Origin: Octopus vulgaris
Taxonomy: Eukaryota
Assembly: GCA_951406725.2 (NCBI GenBank)
Contig: OX597818.1
Coordinates: 40,920,001 to 40,984,000 of the forward strand
Direction of reading: 5' to 3'
DNA: 64,000 nt
The notes below the pieces were generated by a model. That model saw nothing but the letters and a program-made list of their open reading frames with translations, was not told where the DNA came from and ran no database searches. Positions within the stretch are counted from its first letter, which is position 1, and each line of letters opens with the position of its first letter. Below, piece by piece: positions 27,215 through 40,900 of the stretch. The position numbers were made by a program, and so were the translations under genes.

Positions 27215-27518
27215 CCCCCTTTACAAGTCTAGCCAGGCTCATGGGCCCGGTTTCCCAGTTTCTGTGGTGTATGCATTCCCCCCAGCTGAACAGGACGCCT
27301 GTCCATCGCAGAGTTACCCAAGAAATAGAAAGAAAGAGTGAGAGAAAGTTGGGGCGAAAGAGTACAACAGGGGGTCGTCACCACCCCCTGCTGGAGCCTC
27401 GTGAAGCTTTTAGGTGTTTTCGCTCAATAAAAACACTCAACGCCCGGTCTGGGAATCGAAACCGCGATCCTCCGACCGCGAGTCCGCTGCCCTAACCACT
27501 GGGTCATTGCGCCTCCAC
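27215..27518 (-). mobile_element. SINE family C
   Basis: Reverse complement of the 8990-type head, body and tail. Confidence 0.9.
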
Positions 27519-28532
27519 AGAATACATAATAATGAATCTTAATCCGGAGCCAAGAGCTACACACTTCAGTGAAGGAGCAATCAAATAAACTGACCCTAGT
27601 ATTTAACTGGTACTTTATTTTACATCCACAGAAGGATAAAAATAAATCTTTCTTTGACTGCTTTTGAACTCAGAACTCAATTTCTGTTTCCCTTCTGTCT
27701 CTAAGTATTCTTACGTAATGTATCCCATGCGAATGCGTTTTCCTCACACATCTCTACATACAAGCTTGACTAAAAAAGCATGTTTTTTTTCTTTCCTCTA
27801 TTGATAATAAAGTTGTTATCATGCATAATTACCCTTTTTATTCATGTTCTGTGGCCTACATTATGAATAGGATTTTTAGGAATAGGATGTTATACGTTGT
27901 AAGAGATTTAGCTTATGCTTTCATCCAGGTTTCAGAACCAAACGGTTTCAACATCTTTGGTTTATTAGGGTTATGTGGCTGCTATTTCTGCAGGTCGAAG
28001 AACCACGTTGAGAAAGGAACATTTTACAATCAGCTTCACTAGCTTCCATTTCATAATTTCTATAATAGCGATATTCCTGGAATCCATATTACTGATTTAA
28101 AACAAACCTCTGTATCTCATTATGTCAATTGATTGTGTTTGAACATTAAATGTTTTTTTACTGAAAATTAAACTGAATTAGATTAAATCGAATTAAATGA
28201 TTTATTTAAAAAATTAACCCGAGATAGAAATAGATATTCCGAGAACGCTCTAAGACACCAAAGCTAGGCATCCTTCATAATCTAGCGCAGTGATTCTCAA
28301 GCTCTTTTGCTTCTGGATCACTTTGATTTCTAATTTATTCTACTGGACCTATACAGCCATTTGTTGTATATCAAAAAAAAAAAAAAAACAACATCTTAAT
28401 GTCTTTTTATAATCAAATAATATTAGTAATTGTATAAAAATTGTTCAAACGTTTTGTATATTGTAGAAGTATAAACAATCTATTGCGCATAACTTTTAAC
28501 AACAAAATCTTATATGGACTCCGAGTACCATG

Positions 28533-28593
<61 letters not shown>

Positions 28594-28619
28594 GTATGTA
28601 TATATATACATACATATAT

Positions 28620-28819
28620 ATCAAAATAAGCAACAAGGATATCCAGAGGTAATGCAGTACGATCGTTTCGTGCGACTCCATTTAATTGAACAATGCAATA
28701 ATTTCATCGCATCAATTTAAAATGTAGAGCAATCTTCAGCTGCACAAAGACAATTAACTGGAGTCGCATGAAACGATCATACTGCATTACCTCTGGATAT
28801 CCTTGTTGCTTATTTTGAT
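28620..28819. mobile_element. Inverted-repeat Penelope-like pLTR remnant
   Basis: 69-bp arms (28620-28688 and 28751-28819) match at 66/69 in inverted orientation, with a 62-nt spacer. It contains the hammerhead above and lies between (TA)n tracts. Confidence 0.75.
28653..28744 (-). ncRNA. Penelope-type minimal type-I hammerhead ribozyme
   Basis: Minus strand reads UGCAG-CUGAAGA-(stem II UUGCUCUA...UGGAGUCGCAC)-GAAA-CGAUCG-UA-CUGCA. The core is canonical, stem III is palindromic, the cleavage triplet is GUA and stem I pairs. The stem II closing pair is a U-C mismatch. Confidence 0.7.
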
Positions 28820-28890
28820 TTTAATCACCTTATTTTGAAATTGTATGGATAATAACATACTAAATTCTGATACCGTATTCGTCTGAATCT

Positions 28891-29006
<116 letters not shown>

Positions 29007-29016
29007 CATATATATA

Positions 29017-29049
<33 letters not shown>

Positions 29050-29064
29050 ATATATGTATGTATG

Positions 29065-29117
<53 letters not shown>

Positions 29118-29118
29118 G

Positions 29119-29149
<31 letters not shown>

Positions 29150-29761
29150 CAGCTGCCACATGAGGTCTCTGATATTTTGTAGCACTTAAATCTAGGATAA
29201 TATAATGAATGTTTATTCAACGTTTAACAAAGTGTTCTCGAGTAAAATTCTCATCGTTATTATGATTTTGAAAAGATCCTACAACACCTTAATATTAATC
29301 GCATTTGATAAAATAAAATGGCTAAAAATCTTCTATTACACATTAAAGTAAATTCTATTACACATTTTATAAGAGGGAGTTTTTAATTCACTAAAAATAA
29401 ATTATGTGCTCAAGAATTAAGGTGAAATAAATTTTATATAGGCTAAAGTACCTTTGTGGTAGCTGACTTCGATAGCAGAAATGCTCAGTAGTTTTGATGC
29501 AAGGGTTAGCACGTTGTCTTCATTATGATACATACGTTGTTTGTAGACGGTTCGGTGCATATTTATTTTTCATATTAGATTCATGTTTATAAAGTTTTTG
29601 ATCTAATTTTATGCTTATATTCGAAAATTTCAGCCTTTATACGTTATCATATGCCATTATTCCGCTAAATGTTCCTGTTAAGTATTCCATGCAGATTCAG
29701 TTTCATTACAAATAATATAAGAGCTAGGGTTACATAAACGTGTTTGCTTCTTTTATATTTG

Positions 29762-29861
<100 letters not shown>

Positions 29862-30064
29862 ATACATGTGTGCGTGTATGTATACATACATGGATGTATG
29901 TATGTATATATATATATATATATGCATATATATATATACATACACCTACGTATATATATATATGTGTGTATATATTTATACATACATACATACATATATA
30001 TATATATATAATTACACATACATATATATATACATATACACACACATACATATATATGTATATA

Positions 30065-30128
<64 letters not shown>

Positions 30129-30290
30129 ATGTTGAGTCATTTTGATAGGTGTTTCCGAATGCTGTTTCAGCTGCTTGTCCCTTGTATAGCGTTTGTAATT
30201 AAGATATATTTTTATTCTTCAGGTAAAATTCATAGCACATAAATTACAACTACTACCATTTTACAACACTATTAGCTGTAATCAAACTAA

Positions 30291-30308
30291 ATAATAATAA
30301 TAATAATA

Positions 30309-30374
<66 letters not shown>

Positions 30375-30376
30375 CG

Positions 30377-30430
<54 letters not shown>
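30291..30430. repeat. (AAT)n microsatellite just upstream of the 30473 acceptor
   Basis: Direct reading. Confidence 0.99.
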
Positions 30431-30473
30431 TCACATTAACTACTTTAACAATCTCGTTTCTTCTGCTCTTCAG

Positions 30474-30566
30474 GGGGTCCGGGACACAATGAGAGTGACC
30501 TTGCTGCAACTGATCTAATAGCGGGACCCCTGATTGGCTGAAGAAAACGAGGACAGTAGCCACTCG
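30474..30566 (+). other. Candidate non-coding 5' exon of the VAChT/ChAT locus (alternative end at 30570)
   Basis: Acceptor TTTCTTCTGCTCTTCAG ends at 30473. Overlapping donors CG|GTGAGT (30567) and GA|GTAAGT (30571). GC-rich relative to flanks, with stops in all three frames, and about 0.6 kb upstream of the VAChT ATG. Confidence 0.5.
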
Positions 30567-31177
30567 GTGAGTAAGTTCGGTTGGCAAGTCAACAGAAGAG
30601 GACGAATATATTTCGTTAACCATTTCCATTTCAAATCATCTTAACCAAATACCACACAAGGCGAAAGTCTTCCTTGTGTACTGTACCCATACCAATAAAA
30701 GACATTAATAATAAACACGGGTATTTAAGGAACGTGTCAATACTCTCATACACAGTTCTGGAATTTTGACTCGTTAAAAAATGTAAATAAATATTAATAA
30801 ACATATGTTCTTGTGTCTGAACACTTAACACATAGAATTGTTCAAATAGAAAGAACTGTAAAATCAGCGAAGATCTGATAAACTGAGAAATTATCGAACA
30901 ACGGTAATGCATGCAGGATATTTATTGATTCCATTATGAAGTGGTCCCTAACAACGGAAATTTCACACGGAAACTAATGTCCATCATATTTGGAAAATAT
31001 CAAACTTAATTAATGATGACAGAAACTGTATTGATAAAATCAAAGGAAAATGTGCAGTTGTAAATAATTAAGGAAAGTGCTGTTGCTTATCTTATTGAAT
31101 TCATATAATATAAATTTACGAACTATTTTGCTAGCTATTACGATTGTTGTTTTAACACACACAAGAAATATAACGAA

Positions 31178-33007
31178 ATGGCGTCGCTTACTCAGGTACG
31201 CGATAAAATCTTTGAAATGATGGACAGGGCTGGTACTTACATACATGAGCCGACACATCAGCGCCGCTTAGTCTTAATCATTGTCTGTGTTGCTTTACTG
31301 CTGGACAACATGCTTTACATGGTCATTGTTCCAATTATACCAAATTATCTTCGAAATACATTTTCTCATGAATCTATGACAACGACAGTTAAGGCACCTA
31401 TTAAGTACAATCGCATCTATCGCAATGTAACCGGGGCTCCTAACACAACATCCTGGTATACAGTTGTTAGTGAAACGACGACATCTATACCACCGCCTCC
31501 CATCGATTATGGTAGCGAAGGAGGGGCAATAGGCTTCTTATTTGCTTCAAAAGCTATCCTTCAGTTAATGGTCAACCCCTTTACAGGGGCTTTGATTGAT
31601 CGAATAGGTTACGATATGCCAATGATGATTGGTTTGATTATTATATTTCTATCAACCGCTGTATTTGCATTTGGAGAAAGCTATGGTGTGCTTTTTATGG
31701 CCAGGAGTCTGCAGGGATTGGGATCGGCTTTCGCCGATACATCAGGTTTGGCTATGATTGCTGATCGATACACGGAAGAATCCGAACGTAGTAGGGCTCT
31801 TGGCATTGCTTTGGCCTTTATATCATTTGGTTGTTTAGTGGCTCCACCATTTGGTGGTATTCTTTACGAATTTGCTGGTAAAGTGGTGCCGTTCTTATTT
31901 TTGGCAACCATGTCGCTTATCGATGGTTTTCTCTTACTTCTCGTTATGAAACCAGTGAGAGCTCAAAGATCCAAAATTCCAGAGGACCAGCGAGTGAAGG
32001 GAACTCCTATTTACAAACTCCTCATGGACCCTTACATCGCTAATTGTGCCGGTGCTTTAGCAATGGCTAATGTTTCGTTGGCTTTCCTCGAGCCCACGAT
32101 CTCACTCTGGATGAAAGATACGATGGACGCTAGTGAATGGGAAATGGGCTTCATTTGGTTGCCCGCTTTCGTACCGCACATCGTTGGAGTTTATGTAACT
32201 GTAAAATTTGCTGAAAGACGTCCAAATAAACTGTGGGTTCTCGCTGCAGCAGGACTTGCTTTAGAAGGGGTTTCTTGCTTTTTCATCCCCTTCGCTACTA
32301 CTTTCACTTTTCTTATGTTTCCAATCGCCGGTATTTGCTTCGGTATAGCTTGTGTAGACACGGCACTTTTGCCAACTCTTGGATATCTAGTCGACACTCG
32401 ACATGTATCCGTCTACGGTAGCGTTTATGCTATTGCTGACATATCTTATTCTTTGGCTTATGCTATCGGACCAATAGTTGCCGGTGGAATCGTCCATTCG
32501 ATTGGTTTCTTAGCTCTCAATATTTTAATTTGTATCAGCAATGTCCTTTATGCCCCAGCCCTATTTTATCTAAACAAAGCTTATGCTTATAAACCATTTG
32601 AGAATGAAGAGATGAAAACTCCTGTCACAGAGGACCGCAGCTTCTATAATACTAGTGACACACAGTCCCAACAAAACTATGCTAGTTACGGTGGGGCCAG
32701 TGATAAAGTTGAAGCTGATCAAAAGCTAAATCTAGAAATGGGTAAACCTTCCCAAGCATGGGATCCACCCGCAGACCATGGCTACCATAGTAGTGAGAGT
32801 CGTTACAATACTAGTATCGGCACTGATAAAAGAAGCACATATAATAACACTGGTGGAAGTAATTATACTCAGAGCAGTGGAACTGGTTACAATCCTACCG
32901 GAAGCAGTTATAATAACAGCGGAAACCGTTATGGTGGTGGAAATTATAACAATGAGACAAGTCAGAGATTTGGTGACGATAAATATAACAGATGGGAACA
33001 ACCTTAA
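31178..33007 (+). CDS. SLC18A3: Vesicular acetylcholine transporter (VAChT, SLC18 family MFS), intronless, 609 aa
   Basis: Uninterrupted 609-codon ORF with about 12 hydrophobic segments. VAChT-type motifs: [131 protein letters not shown]. Luminal loop has NVT and NTT sequons. Intronless coding is typical of VAChT and not of VMAT. Confidence 0.97.
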   Translation: MASLTQVRDKIFEMMDRAGTYIHEPTHQRRLVLIIVCVALLLDNMLYMVIVPIIPNYLRNTFSHESMTTTVKAPIKYNRIYRNVTGAPNTTSWYTVVSETTTSIPPPPIDYGSEGGAIGFLFASKAILQLMVNPFTGALIDRIGYDMPMMIGLIIIFLSTAVFAFGESYGVLFMARSLQGLGSAFADTSGLAMIADRYTEESERSRALGIALAFISFGCLVAPPFGGILYEFAGKVVPFLFLATMSLIDGFLLLLVMKPVRAQRSKIPEDQRVKGTPIYKLLMDPYIANCAGALAMANVSLAFLEPTISLWMKDTMDASEWEMGFIWLPAFVPHIVGVYVTVKFAERRPNKLWVLAAAGLALEGVSCFFIPFATTFTFLMFPIAGICFGIACVDTALLPTLGYLVDTRHVSVYGSVYAIADISYSLAYAIGPIVAGGIVHSIGFLALNILICISNVLYAPALFYLNKAYAYKPFENEEMKTPVTEDRSFYNTSDTQSQQNYASYGGASDKVEADQKLNLEMGKPSQAWDPPADHGYHSSESRYNTSIGTDKRSTYNNTGGSNYTQSSGTGYNPTGSSYNNSGNRYGGGNYNNETSQRFGDDKYNRWEQP

Positions 33008-33562
33008 GATCGATGCATACGTGCACAGACATGTACGTATATATCAATATACAAATACATACATTCATATACACACATAAGCAGCCATAGATATGATGAT
33101 ATTCATTTATATATGATATGTATATATATAGATAGGAACAGATTTACATATTTGTATGAGTAAAAATATTCTAATTATCTTAGAGCTAAACTTGACAGAA
33201 GAACAATATTCATAATACTCGAACATTAGAGAAGAAAGAAAAATTGCTGAAATTGAATAGGAGTAACAAGTATGAAGGCAGGTATTTAGTGCGCATGTCA
33301 TTGAATCAGAGTGAAGACTTAAAGATAGCTATTTGCATTTCACATAAGATTTTCAGTAACATTTCCTCGGTAACTCATTATTAAATTGAGGCTTTTGAAC
33401 GTCACGTAGACGCAACACAACAGTTGTTAAATAGGACTAATTTTAAAATGGTGCAGTAAATTTATCGCAAGCAAAGGTAATATAGATTTCTGATTATCTG
33501 TAGAAATACAGTTAAATTATAATTGATTTAACATAAATACCGGTTAATTCGTCCGGGAATTT

Positions 33563-33568
33563 AATAAA
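33563..33568 (+). terminator. First AATAAA noticed downstream of the VAChT stop (possible proximal polyA signal)
   Basis: Hexamer about 555 nt after the stop. The background is AT-rich, so a chance occurrence is likely. Confidence 0.25.
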
Positions 33569-33685
33569 ACAAATATGGTAACAGTATCAAGTGTTGAGGT
33601 GAACCACTTCCTAACGTATTAGGATAACTACATTAGAATGCATGAGATTAACAGCGAATTAAGCATAAACTACTGCCATCTTAGC

Positions 33686-33795
<110 letters not shown>

Positions 33796-33801
33796 TAATA
33801 A

Positions 33802-33948
33802 TTTGTCTCTTAGGGATAGTAAGGATTATCAGGAGTGTCCTAAGCATTTGAAAGTCTGCTGAAACTAGTGGGTACCTAAGGTCATAGGTAATAACCTGTT
33901 ATCCACAGAATCCCTATCAGGAATACGACCGAACCTGAGAAAAGCCAA
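33802..33948 (+). mobile_element. Very short R4/Dong-type 3' end (different family) in (AAT)n
   Basis: CLLGIVRIIRSVLSI* resembles the LLGTARILRKVL-type C-terminus. AAT repeats on both sides. Confidence 0.6.
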
Positions 33949-34698
33949 AATAATAGTAATAATGATTTCTGTGTTGATATTCTGTATCAAACTACCCCTT
34001 CACATCAACCATCTGAAACTTCATTGAAAAAAAAACAACAAGAGATTACTAACGTAAATAGTAGGTTGCCATATATATATATATGAAAAATGATGTTGGT
34101 AGTGGTGGCAGCGGTAATTGTGATGGTGGTGATGGTAATGGTGGTGGTGGTGGTGGTGGCGGCAGTGGTGGTGATGGTGGTGGTATTGAAGAGGAGGAGA
34201 AAGTAGAAGGAAGGAAAATAATAACCAAGAGAACAACAACGAGGATTTTGATAATAGTGTCCAATGCATGGTAAGGTAGAATAGCAATGCCATGACACCA
34301 CTGTAAAATGGGAACAGTATTCATAGAAGCGAGTCTGGTGTTAAACTTCAATTTCTAGTTGAAATTGCTACACTTGTTTTACATTTCCTACATCAGTGAG
34401 TTCATTTGTAATTAACAAATTATGTGATATATATGAAACACCAGACTGACTTGCTTTTGACAAGAGCTGGATTTCAAACTCCTCAGTCGTGACTAAACCA
34501 TCCAAAATAGTTGTAGAAAATACTACGCTTACGTATTTTTGACATTTACATTTATTTTCTACATTTATATGTTTCATAGAACACATCAGAATATTACAGA
34601 ATATTTACTCTACTCGTTTACCAAACCTTTTAGCTTTTTGGTGTTATTTCTGCGATTGAAGAAGCGCATTGTATTTGTTATAAAACATTGTGTAGTGT

Positions 34699-34910
34699 GT
34701 GGAGATGCGTGGCTTAGTGGTCAGGTTGCTGAACTCAGAATCGTAAAATTGTGGTTTCGATTTCTAGACTGGGTGATGTGTTGTGTTCTTGATCCCAACA
34801 TTCTATTTCACGTTGCTCCAGTGAAAAATGAGTAATCCTGCGACAGACTGGCGTCTCGTCCAGCGGTGATTATATATACGCCACAGAAACTGGGAAATCG
34901 GTTCTATCAG
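34699..34910 (+). mobile_element. SINE family C, diverged
   Basis: Homologous to 49716-49979. Confidence 0.75.
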
Positions 34911-37900
34911 TTCATATGATCAAGGAAGGAGGTTTATTCTTTACAGCATAATGTAGTAATTTAACAAGAACGTCTAGAATGACTATGTTGCTGCAGGGAC
35001 AGTAGTTGGTATTTAGGCAACAACTTAATGTTGTATGTATAGCCAGGACACTTAACGAACAAACAGCCAAGTCAACTTCGTTGAAATAGATATACATACA
35101 AACACACAATATATGTACATACTTATACATATGACAATAATATTGTTACATATATGTCTGAATATGTATGTGTGTATGATACAGTGTTGCAAAATTTCAA
35201 CTATGTAAGGACGAATAGTATAATATAAATCACGAGTTTTTCTTTAGTTTACAATTTTGCGATAAAATTCCTCGATGTGTGCCACCTAGACATGAATGGA
35301 CTCCGCAAAGTTGAGTGCACGATAGAGGAATCGCGAAGGTTTTCTTCGGCATCCCAACGGAGTATGTAAATAGAAATTTATCGCTAATAGGAAAGATTGC
35401 GTATAGTTTTGGACTTGTTTTTCGTCCGTCGAAACTATGCACACAAAATATATAAGTTGTATGAGGTCGTCAAAGTTAATTAGCTAAAAATGTTATACGT
35501 CTATCTACGAGTAAAATCCCCCAAAGTCACATTTATCCTGAATTCGCTTATTATTATTTCATTATTACATGAAACAACAATCGATTTTACTAATTACTAT
35601 GATAAACAAGGATATGGCTAACAAGACGAATAACAACAACGAAACACCGATATCTTTATCGGCCAAGCTACCAACATTTAATACTGCCAGAGTTTTGTTT
35701 TGTCGACATCAAACTACAGCTGACTGCGTGATTAAAGGACATTAGACAGGGAAATTCAAGCAACATGTTTCTTCGGCATCTGACTTAGCGACAATTATAG
35801 TATCAGTATCAATAAAAACATACACACACATACACACACGCGCGCATGCACATATACATACATATGTATAAACATACAATCATACGTACATATATCGATG
35901 TGAGTGTGTGTGTATGTGTGTGAGTAAGTGTATGTAAAACTCATCTTCAGGTCTCTTTTCGCAATAAAACTTCATTAGAGTTCATTGCAGTTGCTTCTTG
36001 TACAGCTTTCGAGCAATTAGCTTAACCGGGTTTGTGGATACGTATTTTTGCTCGAGAGTGTACGCTAAATTATGCAGTTGTCTCTCTGACGGTCTGTAGG
36101 TCTGTCTATCTCCATAATATGCATATATATACACACACAAGTATATGTTTATATACATACACAGTCTCACACATGCACTCACAAGTGTGTATGTGTATCG
36201 TGTATATTTCTATATGCATTTGTGTTTGCACTTGTAGAAGTGTACGCAAATTGAGGGAGAAACACGAGACAGAGGAAGAGATGGTTTAAAAGAAAGGGAA
36301 ATATTGAGAGAGAGAGATAAAGAGATAGAGGGGGAAAACTGACCGTTCATGAATACATAATGAAAACGATCTGTGCGCATTATGTCTATAGACACGGTTA
36401 TGTATTCATAAGTAATATGATTAAATGCAGATGCATACAGCTTAAGTGAAAGTGAATGTAATGGAACTGGGTTCGATTCCTGCAGTGCCTTTCACTTTCT
36501 TCTTTTCTTTCTGCAACTGTATAACACAGATGACAAATTATGCGAATACATATTTATCGTCCAATCCAGCGTCATCTGCTTAAGAGAATTAAAATGCTCG
36601 ATCGTATCTTGTTAAAAGTTCAATAGAGATCATATCTATTGGGTATAGTTTAGTTCCAGCAGGTTGACTATCAAGAATTGCCATCCAGGTCTTTCTTAGA
36701 TTGCAAATTTGCACTCATTGCATTTAAGCCTGTCCATTTATTGATGTTAGCCATCCACTTAATATCTGCATTTTCTCTTCTTTTCCATTTTACTTCCTAT
36801 AACTTATCTCTGTGAAGAGATAAGAAATGCTGTATTAATGTTTGTTTAGATATTCCTTATCGTAAGTTTAAAGAGGAGTCTTAGTTCATTAGTATTGACA
36901 CTGTGGAAAACTACAAAACATTCACAAATTATTTCCGTTCATATTTCTATATCATTATTAATATAAATTGATACAGTGATATTACATCTGTGCTATCTAA
37001 GATGGTAATTTGTAAGGTTATAAGGGTGGTTTGTAGTCATTAATTCTGTTGCAGAGGTTTTGTGGATGAACTAAAGCAATCCAAACTCTATGAAATCGCA
37101 AACAAATAGTTATATTATCTTTTCCTTCGATAAAAATGCTTGAAAGTACAGAAGTACTTTCACTGTACGTCTCTGTATATTACAGGTACATCAATTCGAT
37201 TTTTGGACCAGTGATGCAAGAAGGATTTATTAGATAACATGAGAAAGCTCTGCCGATCCTGTAACCTTCTGCTTTAGTTATTGCCGTTACTGCTGTTGTT
37301 TATAGCCTGTTCATTTTCTGATTGAAGAGACTCTTAAGCGAAAACATTCCACTCCGATCTCACAGTCTTATATCCGACATCATATAATTGCATGTAGCAG
37401 TTCATTATTGAATGTATGGGCTCTTAAGTATTTGCGTGTAATATAACTTTTCTGCAACCAATACTAACACTACTACCACGAGAGCTGACTGTGGTGTTAT
37501 TCCTAGATATTTCTTCCTTGGCTCAATGCATATTTAATTTTAGTGATTTCCGTGAAGATGTGCATAAAATGCTGAATTTTTAGCCAAGATTTGAAGCAAA
37601 GAGAATCACATCGAACAAAGTGTTGTTTGTTATTTAAATTGTTTCTCTTAGCTCAGAGATAAATAATATTTTCTGATTTAAGCACAAGACCAAAGATTTT
37701 GAGGGGAGGAAGTTAGCCAATTAGCACGGCACCAGTAAATGACTGTACTTATTTCTTTGAGCACGAAAGAATGAAAAGTAAAGTTAGCAGCTGAAGATGT
37801 TAAGTGCCGGAAGAAATATCGAATGTTCTAAAGATTCTGTCAATGCTCTGTCCGTATTGAAGCGAATGTTGAAACAGCTGTTAGTGGTTAATATTCTAAT

Positions 37901-40900
37901 ATTTGTTCATTAATACGTTCTGAATTCTTATCCTATCGAGGTTGACTTTGTCTTATATTAGTTCAGGAACCATAGTTCCAGCCAAGCAATTGGGCTTTCA
38001 CCCCTTTCTCTAAATATACGAACTTGTGTTTCGATTAAAAATAAGAATTTATAATCTTTGACTGAGATTTTAAGAGGCTGCAAGAATTTCCATTTTTTTA
38101 ATGAAAACACTTCATCTATATATGACAAGCACAGCTCAGCAAGTATGTAAAGAGTCAAGTAATTCTCGCTTCCTTAGCCATCTAGATGAAAATAGATATC
38201 ATAATCGGTAAAGATTCTATTTATATTTGTTTGTTTATTTTTACGTAACGATGTTTCGTTAACTTGGCGTGCCGAGGTCTCATGTCTCTGAATTACAGAA
38301 GTATGAGCAGCAATAAACAATTTTGTTGACTCTATATAAAAAAAATTATGTCTTCCACTGCTGCCTGCTGATTTATTGTAGGAATTGCTTGGCAATCCTG
38401 ATAAAATTATGCTACAGCAATTTTTTTATATAGTGACAACCATATATTAAAATAACGGTGCTTGAGTCTTTTAATTCTCCTAATATCACGGAGAAATCAA
38501 AATTAATTTCGTATAGTTATTGTCTTTGATTTTCGGTACTGCTGATTTATCATATGTGCCATCTATTTCCTACGGAGAAAGCTCCTTTCCTTCGTATTGC
38601 CTCTTTTTCTTTGTCCGGCCTCTTTTCCTTCTCATTACATTCGTCCTTCTTGTCCTACACATTCTCATTTTAATAATCAATATCCTTACCATAACGATCA
38701 GCCACGCCATTCGGTTAGTGAAGTTTTAATACTTTCTACTTAATCGCATTCGTAGTAGTGCCAAATAATAATTTTTTTTTTTTGAAATTTGAATACGTAC
38801 ATATAAATACACCCACACATATATGCTTGACCAATAGGATTTTATTGTTAATACAGTAAATATAAACATTCAATGAATGAAGGACTCAAATACTGTTCGT
38901 AGAACTGAAATAATATCTAATATTCATAGTAACTGTTTTTGAGGAGCCAATTTTAATAACGATTCTTTGGAGTAAACAGTCAATATTAATATATATATAT
39001 TTATATATGTATAGAAATAGATATATATGTATGTATAGATGGATGGATGAATGTGTATACATATATATGTAAATACAGATATATAGATATGTGTGTGTGT
39101 ATTTAATTTCTCATCAGGTTTATACTCAAATTCTTATTTGACGTAATATACTGGCAATAGAAATCAACAAGTAACGGACCAGTGACGACAGTATAGCATT
39201 TATGATGACAGCAGCATCTACAAATTCGAAAAACCAAGCAAAAAAATTATATAATCAAAATAACACTAACAACTACCATGAGATACTTTGCACATGCAGA
39301 TGATTCAAAAATTGGAGTCTTCCTAAAAATATATTTTATTACTTGGTCCAATTTTCTCCGATTTTTGTTCTGGCGATATTTAGTATTATCACTAACAAAA
39401 CAGAGTTTATGCTTTTTTTAAACACAAAATATTTTCAACCTCAACTACAAGCATTAGTAATACGACAACCATTACAAGTTATGCTACCAACATTTGTTCG
39501 TTAGTCACGTTTTGCTACAAGTAACATGATGCTTAGTAATGCATCGCGTTACTACTTCTACTACTATTAATACTACTACTACTACTACTGCTACTACTAT
39601 TGATAATAATAATAATGCTTATGTCACCACCACCACTATTACTACCGCGCTTGATATTAAACCTACTAAGACCGCTAATATTCCAATACTAATACTAATC
39701 ATATTATATATGTACTTGATCATAGAATTAGAGTAACGTTGTTGTATATAAATAATTGAAATAAATATCTAGAAACATTGGACATTTATTTTATTCCATA
39801 GTCTATTATTAAGTCTAAATGCTTAGATACATATTAAAAATGTGAAATTGTACAATGATTCTAGATACATTTTAAAGGGGAAAATATCGATGTATGAAAA
39901 ATGTTACTGAAATTGTGTGAAATGTAATCAATAAAGAAACAATAGCAAGAACAATAACACTGAATAATAATGATAATATGCGAAGTATTCAATGTTTGTA
40001 TCTTCAGCCATTTTAAACTTCTAATAACATCATTTGTCATCACCCATATATACTGGAAACAATACCAAAAAGTACAGCTGCATTTAAATCATTGTTATGA
40101 ATATCTTAATACTTCAGACATCGTTTTTTGTACAAAATTACACATGTTCAGTAAGAGATAAGAAGGTAAATTATAAAGTGATAAATGGAGGATATCGTAG
40201 TAGACTTTATGTTGAGATTGGTGAATCTCTTAAAGATTTTGCATTAACAACAGCCGAAAAACATACACAAACACACAGAAATATAATTGTGGACGTAGTG
40301 GAGTTACAACATTATTCAATCTAAGTTCGTAATTGTTTATTTGTGTGTCAATGAGCGAGAAATGAACAGCAACAAAAAGAAAATAAAAATAGCACTAATT
40401 AAAAGGTTACGTTGAAACCTCGACGGAGAGCTGTCAAATCTCAAACAAATTCTGTGTCAATCATGAAAATAAAGTACAGACACACATACACACAAGTTCA
40501 TACATATATATACACACAGGTTCGCACGCACGCACACATACATGATTACATGCTAATGTGCTTACATACTTACATACACGGAAAGATTTCGTGAATTTTG
40601 AACAGTACATACTTCTGATGAAATTTCTGTTGTAATTAAGCAACTCGGTAAAGATTTCTTTTGCCTCAATATTTCTTCAAGACATTTTAAAGCAACAGAA
40701 AAGAAAAGCATGAAAGAAAAAATAAATGGAAAAAAAAAACCAAACAAACGAAATGGATGACAAAAAAAATCACAAAACGTTAATATTTGTAAAAAATGTT
40801 TAAATGATTATTAATGTTTGGAAAGTAAATTAAATGGAGAGAAAAAATATCCTTTAAAATCAACTTGTTATAAACACGGAAAACAACAACAAAAATGTAG

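Noticed and set aside
28287-28535. hAT-like element starting CAGTGATTCTCAA
   Set aside because: No matching second TIR or 8-bp TSD could be found by eye.
30470-30533. miRNA precursor at the exon hairpin
   Set aside because: Only the basal 10 bp pair; the interior is branched rather than a continuous ~30-bp stem.
32191-33080. Overlapping and antisense ORFs within VAChT
   Set aside because: Short shadow frames with no recognisable similarity.
37044-37240. Possible ChAT coding exons after acceptors at 37054 and 37185
   Set aside because: All frames stop quickly, and no choline/carnitine acyltransferase motif (LPxLPVP, EHSxxEG) is seen here or elsewhere in the window.
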